A stretch of DNA of 64,000 nucleotides from Bugula neritina (taxonomy: Eukaryota > Animalia > Bryozoa): assembly GCA_964035545.1 (NCBI GenBank), contig OZ037769.1:14538633-14602632 (forward strand). Direction: 5' to 3'. Below, piece after piece: positions 48,101-60,100 of the stretch. The position numbers were made by a program, and so were the translations under genes. The notes beneath the pieces were generated by a model. It was not told where the DNA came from, made no database searches, and saw only the letters and a list, made by a program, of their open reading frames with translations. Numbering within the stretch: position 1 is the first letter of the stretch; every line of letters begins with the position of its first letter.

Positions 48101-50990
48101 AGGTTCAGATGTGGATGTAGAGAATCTTTCCACCATGTTGAAAACTCTCAAGTTTGATGTTGTGACACACGCAGACCTGAAGGCTGAGGTATGTTTTGCT
48201 GCTGTTTACTTATCAAGGTAAAAACTTACTCCTCTGTTTGTTTACAAACACTACATATGTATACAGAATACGGTGTAACGGTTTACAGGTGTAAGGCCAG
48301 GTTTACAGGTGTAAGGCTGGGTTTACAGGTGTAAGGCTGGGTTTACAGGTGCAAGGCCGGGTTTACAGATATAAGGGTTTACAGGTGTAAGGGTTTACAG
48401 ATGTAAGGCTGGGTTTACAGGTTTATGGGTTTACAGGTGTAAGGGTTTACAGGTGTAAGGCTGGGTTTACAGGTGTAAGGCCGGGTTTAATGTTGAGGCC
48501 TCTGGACACTGAAGCAGGGTTAATCCAGCACCACTTATTGACCATTTTTAATAAATAATGGTTAACAAATTAAGTGTTTAAAGTAAACAAGTCAAATGAG
48601 TCATTATTATTGTTATTAATAATTTTGACTTAAGAATAGGAATGGGTTTATATTCTATAACTGAATTGGCTTATTAATAGTTTTACCGGGGCTGATTAAT
48701 GCCGAAGTCCTTACTTTAACATAAATTGTTAAATTAAAATTAAAGTAAATGAGCTTTATAAGCTATTTCTTCACCTCATATGATTTTAGTTTAGCTAAAT
48801 GTTCAAAGATCTAGTACAAATTTTCATAAGTTTTAAAGAATCTTTGAAATTTAGATAAGACTTCCGCCATCCCATTTTCAATATTTTACTTCTTGTTGTA
48901 GGAAATGCTGTCTGCTGTAACATTTGAGGTAAAAAAAGAGGAATACAAAGATCTGGGATGTCATGTGTTAGTTATCATGACTCATGGAGGGTTGAACAAC
49001 TACATCTATGGTACAGACTTAAAACGAGTCAAACTAACAGATGTGTATGACCTTCTAACTCCTTTGAACTTCCCAGGAATGGCTGGCAAACCAAAGGTTG
49101 TTATACTGGAAGTCTGTAGTGGAGGTAATCAGTTTAAAAAATTATTTGTGGTCACTGTAGAGTTGTGTTCTCTTGAATGCTAGTATTTGCTGGAGTATGT
49201 TAACTTACAACCCATTTCACAATTATGTAGATTAATTCTTACATATTTGACACTGTTTATGTTCATCATATGAAAATTAAATATAATTTTTTTATATCTC
49301 TCACAGAGAGGAGTGATTATGGCCAAAGAGGTATAGACAGATTTGATATCGGAGAATCACAAAAGGAGGGGGAGAGTATCTCACTTCCACTTGCTAAAGT
49401 TCCAGGAGATAAAAATGCGGAGGCTATGAATAGACTGAACTATGATGACCTGCTAGTAGTGAAATCTAGCATGGAGTGTAAGTAAGACACATGTAATGGA
49501 GTACAAGTTACTGTATCCATGATATTATACTGTATAACTAGTCAACTAGTTGTATTTCCAATAGTTGAATAATTTATATGATCGATTCTACTTGTAGCAT
49601 TCATATCAAAAAGCCACCCTGAGTATGGATCTCTAATGGTTAGAGCTCTTGTATCTTCCATATATAAACATGCCTGTCACCATGACCTCTTCACCATATT
49701 CAAACAGGTGAATGTATTGCACTTTGTTACACTTATAAGCATGGAGAACTGATGAAATTGAAAATGGCACAAATTAATGTTAGCTGTTGGCAAACTTTAT
49801 TAATTTTAGGAGTAGATATTTATAATTATTTTACAGTTTGTTATAGACTATAGAGTATTCACAGTTTACTTTTGTTATAGTGTAGGTATTGTTACAGTGA
49901 AGGTATTGTTATAGTGAATGTATTGTTATAGGGTAGACATTGTTATAGTGTAGGTATTGTTATAGTGTAGGTATTGTTATAGTGAAGGTATTGTTATAGT
50001 GTAGGTATTGTTATAGTGTAGGTATTGTTATAGTGAAGGTATTGTTATAGTGTAGGTATTGTTATAGTGAAGGTATTGTTATAGTGAAGGTGTTGTTATA
50101 GTGTAGGTATTGTTACAGTGTAGGTATTGTTACAGTGTAGGTATTGTTATAGTGTAGGTATTGTTATAGTGTAGGTATTGTTATAGTGTAGGTATTGTTA
50201 TAGTGTAGGTATTGTTATAGTGTAGGTATTGTTATAGTGAAGGTATTGTTATAGTGTAGGTATTGTTATAGTGTAGGTATTGTTATAGTGAAGGTATTGT
50301 TATAGTGAAGGTATTGTTATAGTGTAGGTATTGTTATAGTGTAGGTATTGTTATAGTGAAGGTATTGTTAGAGTGTAGGTATTTTTATAGTGAAGGTATT
50401 TTTATAGTGAAGGTGTTGTTATAGTGTAGGTATTGTTACAGTGTAGGTATTGTTATAGTGTAGGTATTGTTATAGTGTAGGTATTGTTATAGTGTAGGTA
50501 TTGTTATAGTGAAGGTATTGTTATAGTGTAGGTATTGTTATAGTGTAGGTATTGTTATAGTGAAGGTATTGTTATAGTGTAGGTATTGTTATAGTGAAGG
50601 TATTGTTATAGTGAAGGTAATGTTATAGTAAAGGTATTGTTATAGTGAAGGTATTGTTATAGTGAAGGTATTGTAATAGTGAAGGTATTGTTATAGTGTA
50701 GGTGTTGTTATAGTGAAGGTATGGTCATAGTTAAGGTATTGTTATAGTGAAGGTATTGTTATAGTGAAGGTATTGGTTATTTAGAATAATCTGGTATAGA
50801 GTAGTAATAAGATTTCAATGTTTACTTGCTTAACATTCTTCAGGTGCAGACGAAAGTGAGAAAACTGTGTTTAGACAAAAATCTAGAGAGTGGAGGACAG
50901 TTGGTTGTAGTTTGGGATACTCTCACTCATATGAGAAAACTTTACCTCTTTCCTGGTTTTAATGGCCTCAAAAGAGAAGATGACTCTTAG
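37389..50990 (+). CDS. LRR-Roc-COR (ROCO)-caspase fusion protein, about 1270 aa. Exons: 37389-37434, 38021-38246, 38490-38633, 39049-39192, 39325-39468, 45209-47211, 47377-47469, 47745-47935, 48018-48188, 48902-49124, 49307-49477, 49598-49707, 50844-50990
   Basis: All junctions are GT-AG and phase-compatible; total 3813 nt with one terminal TAG. LRRs (LEVLNISxNxL); Roc motifs G1 GNTMAGKTS, G3 DMGGQEVY, G4 THKD; COR (PLPLVW...LTYMHDCGKVLWY); caspase p20 (RGRALIINN, RKGSDVD, VIMTHG, GKPKVVILEVCSG) and p10 (DDLLVV, GSLMVRAL, TLTHMRKLYLFPG). Confidence 0.9.
38490..39468 (+). repeat. Three tandem 144-nt phase-2/phase-2 exons, each encoding two 24-aa LRRs
   Basis: 38490-38633, 39049-39192 and 39325-39468 share the flanks ATGTTACAG| and |GTGTGTATTAT and have an identical central core. 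Confidence 0.95.
40217..40569 (-). repeat. Probable 3' LTR (about 353 bp) with adjacent polypurine tract
   Basis: On the minus strand GGAGGGAGCGA is followed directly by TGTGGTGGTTT. The other end reads TGTGGGGTTT on the plus strand, giving TG..CA inverted termini. No second LTR is available to confirm the boundaries. Confidence 0.65.
40217..44540 (-). mobile_element. Defective Ty3/Gypsy-type LTR retrotransposon, antisense in the ROCO-caspase intron
   Basis: GC-rich island. Gag fragments (KAPTFTGEEEVEQFIQEF), CCHC knuckle CWECGRPGHFQRYC, RNase H end (DHASLIWL...YRIEHRPGNKHGNADGLSRRP) and integrase N-terminus (WYWPSM...CEVCQ...PWQVVAVDLVGP). Many frameshifts; no recognisable protease or RT. 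Confidence 0.9.
44548..44978. repeat. 23-bp minisatellite (GTTATACTGAGATATATTATAAT)n, roughly 19 units
   Basis: Direct tandem repetition with length variants. Confidence 0.95.
48279..48488. repeat. 20/15-bp minisatellite (GGTTTACAGGTGTAAGGCTG)n in a caspase-domain intron
   Basis: About 11 tandem units. Confidence 0.95.
49873..50775. repeat. 17-bp minisatellite (TATTGTTATAGTG[T/A]AGG)n, about 53 units, in the last intron
   Basis: Highly homogeneous tandem array with two main variants. Confidence 0.97.
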
Positions 50991-51440
50991 AGTAGACTAT
51001 AGAGAAAATGACAATTTAAACATAAGTGTATAACTTTTGTATATCTTAGCCCCATAGATATGCCGGTATGCAAATATATTGTATGCAGTTCGTCTAGTTT
51101 AGATGTGTCATTGTGACACTACAGAGTAGTTTATACACAACAATGTTATATAATATACAGGTATACAGTGTTATACTATTATTCTGTTTTACTTCTGTTT
51201 ACTAGTTCAAAATGTATTATAATCTGAGAGATATACTAGTAGTTCTCAGGTTATTCTACTATATGTGTGATACTCCATGTTTTACTAATAGAGTTTGTAT
51301 GTAGAAGTTGTATTTCTATGATATTACTAGAGAGAGACTTGGTAAATCAGATATCAGCGTAGTTATGTAATCACGTAATAGTATGAATTATAAACATAAT
51401 AAATCACCAATCTTTTTGCTTTAATAATTTCTTAATATAA

Positions 51441-51720
<280 letters not shown>

Positions 51721-51809
51721 TATTTACATTATGTTTACATATTTCTATAATTATATATAATATATATAATAGTTGCAAAATTTTATTTTATTCGATTTAA
51801 AATTTTTTT

Positions 51810-53320
51810 CTTCATAAAATCTTTAATAAAACACTTGTTGTATTACTGTTTTTTTAAAATAAGTTTTGTGAGTTTCTATTAGAATATGTGTATTCTGTAA
51901 AAACATATTTGACATTTCTTTTATATTTCTTTTGTTTTTAGTGCAATGCCTTACAGCTCATAAAATTAGTTTTAAATCTATTTGAAAATTAAAGCGCAAA
52001 AAATGGAAAGGGAAGTCGCATTTTTTATGAACATTTATTCTGTTTGGTTGCCAGAGTTTTAACAAAGTTTGTAATATATTCAATTTTTAAACTATATATA
52101 GCTATACAAAGCATCTTTTTACTCAAACAAATTATTTTTTTTTTAGCCCACAAATTTGAATGTATTTTGTTGAAAAATAGTTTTTTTATTCTGCATAGCA
52201 TATAGATAGTATATATATTATGTTATCTTAAGACAGCGATATAACAAAGGGCGCCATAAAGTATACAGCTAACAGTAGCTTTAATATATTAACTTCTGTG
52301 TGACTCCTTAAATTGTGATCCTGAGCTGCTGTAAGCTGAAATATGTTTTGTACGGTACACTTGATCAGTCACATTCTTAACAGCTAGAATTGGTACAAGT
52401 TCAGAGGTCAACAGAAAGTAAAGAAAAAGCAGCTTCATCAATTGAAAATCACAATTTTGCAGGCTGAAAGCATTTGAGTGACTTATAGTAGGGTGCTTAA
52501 TTGTTTCTTAGCCAGTATTCACTTTATTGTGAATTTATTATTCCCTTAGCTATCCTCATGGTCAGTGACTGATCTGAACTGCATTAAATATTAAAAAATT
52601 CAATAACATAGCTATCGTATTGAGGGTATTTGACTGCTATAAGTGATATAAACAATAAAAGCTCTCTTTTAAAACTGCAGTTTTCACATGCAGTTCAGTA
52701 AAATCTATCAGTTTTACCCAAATTCAATTCGTTTGTCATCTCAAAAAAGGCTCATCGAAATAAAATTCATCAAACCATAAGATTATGCAGGTCAAAGGTC
52801 AAAAGAATGTAATTTCTGCATGTAAAAAATAATTATTTTTGAAAATGAAATTAAAGAAACCTGATGCATAATTTAAAATAATATAGTAATTATGCTGAAT
52901 GTTGGACCCTACTCTAGCTAGCTGTTTATACATAGTTCATGAGTCTCTGTATGTTTTGATGCCATGCAGCCATTATTGTTTTATATTATTCAACCACTTT
53001 AATAGATTTTTTGTTAGATGGAAAGACAATTGCTCCATATATATACTGTCTATAAGCAGTGAATTTAGACCATGCTATTACAGATGCATCATCAACATTT
53101 GATTTGTAAGATTGCTCCAGGGTTAGCTTAACAAAAATCAGTTAATAAACAAGACTTCAAATATTAGCTTTCATATAACCTATAACTCTACAGAATTTTA
53201 AAACTGTCCTTTGTGCTTTAACTTTGACTGGTGTAATAATATTTTGCTCTACATGTATATTTACTCTTCAAACTTTAATCTGCTCTAGCTTTAATGTTTC
53301 TTCAAAGCCTATCTGATGCA
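51810..53320. repeat. Segmental duplicate of about 14283-15990, including an orphan copy of lectin exon 1 (minus strand, 52438 to about 52292)
   Basis: Long colinear similarity; encodes MKLLFLYFLLTSELVPILAVKNVTDQVYRTKHISAYSSSGSQ. No downstream lectin exons follow. Confidence 0.9.
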
Positions 53321-54017
53321 CCTCCCCCATGTAGCACTTTATACGATAGTGCATGTATACATTTCTGTAACTTTTTAACATATCAAGGTACATATTTTTT
53401 GTTAAATCATTCATAAAATCTTAAAAGCTACCATGCAAGCTTTTGTTACTAAAATTGGAGAGATTATGTAATGGTATTTTTTGAATTATTACGCACAACA
53501 TGAATACATAGCACCTTTTCACAAATCCATATAAATTTTGGATTAGATATTGAAGTATATGAACATAATTTATTATATATAAGAATGATCAAAAGTATAC
53601 AATTACTAACAATAACACTTACAATGCTAAATGAATAACTAAAAACTGTTTGATTCAACTTTGAAAATACATATTTAAAGATAGTTTTTCATACACTGAC
53701 CAAAACAATTATTTAATCTTGTTAAAGCAATTTGACGGTAAAGGGCTAAAAGTTATTCCAAATACATTAAACTGCTCAGTTTGTCTCAATAAATGGTTGG
53801 GAAAACAAATATAACTTTGCTAAATGTTTTTAATTGTATAAATTTCATGTTTTAATGTCGCTTCATCTCATGCAATATGCAATTTTATGTAGTTATATAG
53901 CTAAATTTGAATAGCTTCTTAAAGTGTTCACAAGTTTACATAATTTGAATTTTCCATGCTGTGCTTTTATATAACAGTCTGTCTGCTTTCTCTGAAAGTC
54001 TGGCCATATATTTCACA

Positions 54018-55815
54018 TTATTCTCTAGAGTGTACTTTCATGTGAAAAGTTAGATGGTGTTTTCTGGTATAAGTCTTGCTACAAGTTTCACATCTGTATG
54101 GCCTTTCTCCAGTGTGAGTTCTCATATGAACAATTACAGTTTCTTTGTAGCTAAAATTCTGGCCACATGTGTCACATCTGTATGGCTTTTCTCCAGTATG
54201 AGTTCTCATATGAACAATTAGTTCTCCTTTTCGTCTAAAAGTTTTACCACAAACTTCACATCTATATGGCTTCTCTTCACTGTGTGTCCTCATATGAAGA
54301 GATAGAGTACTACTTTGTTGAAAAGTTTTATCGCATACTTTGCACCTGTAAGGTCTTTCCCCAGTGTGGATTCTCATATGAATATTTAGAGTTCCTTTGT
54401 GGGTAAAAGTCTGACCACATGTTTCACATCTGTAAGGCTTTTCTCCACTGTGAATTCTCATATGAACAATTAAATGTGCTTTTTGTCTATAAGTCTTGCC
54501 ACAACTTTCACATCTGTAAGGCTTTTCTCTACTGTGAATTCTTAAATGACTCAATAGATTGTTTTTTTGTGAGAAATTCCTATCACATATTTTGCACTTG
54601 TAAGGCTTTTCCCCAGTGTGTATTCTCATATGAACAATTAGAGCTCCTTTGTGGGTAAAAGTCTGGCCACATGTTTCACATTTGTATGGTTTTTCTCCAC
54701 TGTGATTTCTCATATGACTCAATAGATTGCTTCTTTGTGTGAAAGTCTTGTCACATAATTTGCATTTGTATGGTTTTTCTCCACTGTGTATCCTCATGTG
54801 AATAGATAAACTACTTCTCTGTGTATATGCTTTGTCACACTTTTTACATTTGTATGGCTTTTCTAAGTTGTGCTTTTTAATGGGGCTATAAGTTAGTTCA
54901 TCCCTGCTTTTGAAAATGGTGTTACATGTTTCAAATTCGTAAAAGTTTTCTTAATGGTTGATGTTCATATATTCAGGTAGTTCCTGAGATTGTGAAACCT
55001 GTTCGCAATGATTTCTGTATGAGTCATTCTTTTCTAGCTCCATGCATGTTCTAAAGTGTTCTTCACACTTCGCACACCTTTTGGGCTCTCTACTATCTTC
55101 TTCTGTGTCAAGGCCAAACAATGAATAAACGAAGTCTTTCCCATACTTCCTACATCTTTTAAGATGTTGATTGCTGTGCATTGTAAGATAGTTATTTAAA
55201 ACTGAAGTCTGTGAACAACCTTCTTCTTTTGTGTCATCTGCTTCAACTTTAAACTCTAAAAGAGGAGATTCCAGATTCTCACCTTTCTCTCTGTTCTCAG
55301 ATGCTAAGTCTTGCTCTGGAATAATAACATCAAAAATATACAGTTTATTTAGATAAAATACAAAAAGGAGCAGCTGTGGTTTAGGGGTTTGCCTAGTAAA
55401 CACAAAGTCAAGGGTTTGAACCCAGACAAACGCCATTGGTGATGTTAGGAAGAGCACCAAGTCATGATTGCTCCCGTGAATCATTTAAATGGGCCCTTAA
55501 TAGCATGCTTTAACAAAAACAGTTTCTATAAAGGGTTTCTTCCAAGAACATGCGATTCTCACGGGGATAGCGACTATGAACTTGTGTGAGTTTGAAATAT
55601 AAAATATGAATATAAAATATAAAAATTGCTGTATATATACAGTAGTTCAAGCAATGCATGGGGAGTTAAAGACAAATACAGGCAAAAATTATTAACTAGA
55701 AGCAACCTGTAAATAACTTTACTAAAACGAAATCTCTTGGTAGATTTTTAAATTGAATCAGAATGTTTTATAAAAGACAACAGAAGACAACTCTTTACTC
55801 ACCACTGATAGACAT
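54018..55815 (-). pseudogene. C2H2 zinc-finger paralogue 5 (10 fingers) with an in-frame premature stop
   Basis: TAA at 54953-54951 where ZF1, ZF2 and ZF3 have GAA and ZF4 has AAA; the frame continues into 10 intact fingers. The N-terminal CxxC is changed to CRKY. Confidence 0.85.
55367..55597 (+). mobile_element. SINE copy in the ZF5 intron
   Basis: GGAGCAGCTGTGG...GCCATTGGTGATGTTAGGAAGAGCA. Confidence 0.8.
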
Positions 55816-58000
55816 CTTTATATTTTAGTATTTCTACTCAATGCTGATAAAATAATAAAATACTCTAAAACATATCATGTCCAATAAACAAAAGTACTAA
55901 ATTAAAAGTGATAAAGCATTAGAAAAACTTGGAAATTTCCACTCAATCCAGATAAAATAATTTAGAAGATATTATGGCCAATAAACAGAATTACTAAGTT
56001 AAAATCGTTTTTAGCTTTAGAAAAACTCTGAAATTTTAAAATATAGAAAATTGTAGCTTAAAAAGCCATGGAATTGGTACAAGCAAAATTAAAAATTAAA
56101 ATACACAACATAAAAACCAGCTATTTGGTTGCTGAAAGCTTTGAGGATGAGAAAGTATTGGAAAAGCAGCAACTGATAGACATATCTTATAAATTATTGC
56201 TTGAAAATTTGGTGAAGGTAAAGCCTCTCAGTCAAAGTCTTGTAAATTATTCTTTGAAATTTATTGCTTATAATGCTTGTGCAACTGGGTGGATATATAT
56301 AAGTATATATATACACCTATTTCAACATCACCAAAAAAATATAGAAGAAATCTCTCTATATTATTAATAAACCCTTTGAAAATCCTAGATACATAAAACA
56401 ATAATGGCAAACATTTATATTTTTTCAACCTGAGTTCCTTTAAATTTAAGAATGACTTATAACATAACTCAACGTCATAAAATGCTTTTTGTAGACATGC
56501 AGATGTCTATAAAGCTTACCCAGCTGTGAGTTCACCTCAAACATCAACTAAATTCTAAGAATACTTTTGTTAATAGATAACTTATGGTGCCTATTTAATA
56601 TATCTAATAGTTTATTACAATCTATTAATAGAATAAGTAAATATCAAATTTTAAAACAATCATGATACTAAATATCAACTGGCTGTAAAATTTGTCGACG
56701 TGAATTTCATAAAACAGCCAACAAGTGGAACACTATCTTGTATATATAATTATATATATCAGTTACCAAATATAAATATTTTTGTGTGGTAAGACTATAA
56801 ATACAAGTGTTAGATAAGTTTTCAACTAAAAATATTAATTTAAAATCATATTGACCATTTAGTATTTATTTATTTTATTTCAATATATGTTATGTGTGAG
56901 AGTAACAGTTTAGTTACTGTTTTATATATAGTTCCATACTAAAGACCTGACCTCATGATTGTGAGAATGACATGAAATTCATGTGATGATTTTAGTGAGT
57001 TATCTTCTCGTTGTGACAATATATGCTTTGCTCCAGATATTTTTATCAGGGTTAACTTAAATAAAAATCAACTAATACAAAGGACTTCAAATATATTAGT
57101 TTCCTTATTACCTTTTCTCCACAGAATTTTAAAACTGTTCATAAGCATTTATGCTTTAAATTTTACTCGTATAATAGTGTTTTGCTTGATATTCTTAAAC
57201 AATTAATCAGCTTTTACAACATTTCTTCAAAACCTTTTTATTGCACCTCCCTCCATATAGCATTTTACTAGTGCTAATTTATACCTTTATATATTAGCCT
57301 TTTAAACATATATTAGGATAAATCTCTTCTGATAAATCATTCCTAAAATTTTAAAAATTACCATGCATGAGGCTTTTGTTACTAAAATTTGAGACATTAT
57401 GTAATGGTATTTCTGCATTATTATGCCACTTAATTGTACAACCTGAATACATAACATCTTTACACAAACCCATATAAATTTTGTATTAGATATTAAAGTA
57501 TATGAACATAATTTATTATATATAAGAATGATCAAAATTATACAATTACTAATAATAAAACTTACAATACTGAATGAATAACTGAAAACTTTTTGTTTCC
57601 TCGTTAATGATACATTTATAAAAACAGTTTTCTATGCACTGACCAAAGCAATAATTAGACTTAACATTACCATTGACCACAAACATATTAAAACAATAAT
57701 CTAAATGTTGATGTGATTTTATGGTTAAAGGGCTAAAAGTTATTCTAAATACATTAAACTAATCGGTTTGTCTCACTAGAATTGGTTGGTAATATAAAAC
57801 AGATGTAAATTTGCCAAATTTTCTTGATCATATTTCATGGTTCAATGGTATTTTTCTAGTATGTAATTTTATGTATGAATATAGTTGAACACGGATTGAG
57901 TCCTATAAAGTGTTCACAAATTTACATTTGCAGTTTTCATGCTATACTTTCATATAAAAATATGTCTGGTTTCTCTGAAAGTCTGGCTTCATATTACATA

Positions 58001-58490
58001 TTATTCTCTAGAGTGTACTTTCATGTGCTTAGTTATATTTTGTTTTCTGGTAAAAGTCTTGGTACAAGTTGCACATCTGTATGGCTTTTCTCCAGTATGA
58101 GTTCTCATATGAACAATTAGATCTCCTTGTCGTATAAAAGTTTTACCACAACTTTCACATTTGTATGGTCTTTGCCCAGTGTGTATTCTTATATGAACAA
58201 CTAGAGCGCATTTGTGGCTAAAATTCTGGCCACATGTCTCACATCTGTATGGCCTTTCTCCAGTATGAGTTCTCATGTGGACAATTAGTTGTCCTTTTCG
58301 TCTAAAACTCTTGCTGCAAATTTCACATTCGTAAGGTTTTTCTTCACTGTGACTTCTTATATGACTCAACAAATGGCTACTTTGTGTGAAAGTCTTGTCA
58401 CATAATTTGCATTTGTATGGCCTTTCTCCACTGTGTATTCTCATATGAGTGTTTAAATCTCCTTTTTGTATAAAAGTTTTACCACAAACT
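58001..58490 (-). pseudogene. C2H2 zinc-finger paralogue 6; five intact fingers plus one cut at 58490
   Basis: Homology stops inside the first finger (...VCGKTFIQKGDLNTH). No N-terminal region or ATG exon appears in the remaining 5.5 kb. Confidence 0.85.
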
Positions 58491-60100
58491 CAGGGCATAA
58501 TTTCACAGTATCTCGTCTTCAGACATAACACTTATGTGCCAATACGAGATACATTACATCATAAATAAATGTTGTCTATCGGCAAAAATTTTGCAGTAGC
58601 CAATCATAGTACTATAACAGGGCAGTCTGAGTGTAGTATCTCGTTTATCGGCATAATTATAATAGCCCGTAGTTGAAGATGGAGTTGGAAGCTTTTCAAA
58701 TACCTCCCACATATAATAGCATTTATGCTAGTCCCTACAGCTAAATAAACATTATGGTAGACCAATAATCATGAAAGCTCTACTCATTTGTAACTGGAGG
58801 ATTTGTAGCACCACAATACTAAATTTCTTGCATTGGAGGTGCTTAGGCTGTGTTGTCATAGTGATATGTACTTATTGGGGCTTGGTATAAAATTAAACCT
58901 GATAATTATAAGGATTAAAGTATTATTGCTGTGGTTTCAACTGACCAACTTTGGAGTTATTATCTCGATTCTTCGTCAGGAATGGTTAGATAATTTCATG
59001 CAATAATGAGTTTTGGCTTTATATCATTATAAATAATGAGTTTTGGCTTTATATCATTATAAATATCTACATTGATGGCAGCACTGAGCTAGAATTCTAA
59101 TATCTTTTCAAGCTCATTGGGTGGCAGATTATTGGCTAAATTTTATGCAGATATTGAATAAATAATGTGGTTTGATAGTTGTGCTATATTGTTAGGTTCA
59201 CAAGCATCTTTAAAAAGTTATAATTATTGCGTTGACCATAGGTCAAAAAACTACCTAAAGAGAGGGCAGACAACTCCAAAAGATTGTTTTCGCAGAAGCA
59301 AGTAAAATTCAGCTAAACTGAATACTCCAACTGATCAACATTTTCATCTATTAAAATTGAAGAAAAGTTAAATATTAGTATACTATTCTAATCATGAATA
59401 GGCACAAGCTAAAAAGATATTTATTTCAAAAAATATAAAAAGTAAAGTAACACAACAATGTTTGCAAACGCAGACCTAAAAATGTGAATATTCTCGCTTG
59501 AAATTAAGTCTGAAATTCAGACTTTTCTAGGTTGAATTGACTTCAATTGACTCACCAGAAAAAACAATTAATAAAATTATAAAGACAAGCATGTAATGAA
59601 ATATGTAATTCATTAGCAAAACTGGAGGAAAGCACTTTTTTTCTAGAAATTGTTCGATTACATAATACATTTTGGGCAAATGATGTTTTTTAATAAAATG
59701 AAACTGTTGTATTGTTTGGCTAGATGAATTTTCAAAAGTATTTTTAATATTTTCTCAAATAAAGTAGACATGCACTCCATTTTCACATTTTTTGGCAAAA
59801 CATGATTGGGATTCAGTAGTCAATCAGTTAAGTTTGACACAAGGAGTTGTCACATCCATTCCAAAGAACAAGACCATCTACAATAACAAACATGGAAAGT
59901 ACCTAAAATTACGTTTAAGTTTACAACAGTCCTTAAAATAAATGTTGCCTTCTACCAATGTTAAATAAGAACATGATGTAATGCTATGTTTACTTAGACT
60001 AAATCTTGCTGACTTACAATGAAATTCATTCATTTCAATTTGAAAATTCCTGTCAATAACTTGACTCTATGCTAACAACTGATTGTAATACCAAAATCAC
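58491..60100 (+). mobile_element. Probable decayed hAT-like DNA transposon interrupting ZF6; right end not located
   Basis: Begins CAGGG exactly at the break, with subterminal GTATCTCG repeats in both orientations. Weak transposase-like remnants: IDGSTE near 59071 and LPSTNV.. near 59945. Confidence 0.45.

Noticed and set aside
44548-50775. Regular repeat arrays as CRISPR-like loci
   Set aside because: Units are head-to-tail with no unique spacers, and lie in spliceosomal introns of an animal gene; they are minisatellites.
54951-54953. Programmed stop-codon readthrough in ZF5
   Set aside because: TAA is a single change from the GAA or AAA in paralogues and the copy has another lesion (Cys to Tyr); nonsense mutation or sequencing error is simpler.
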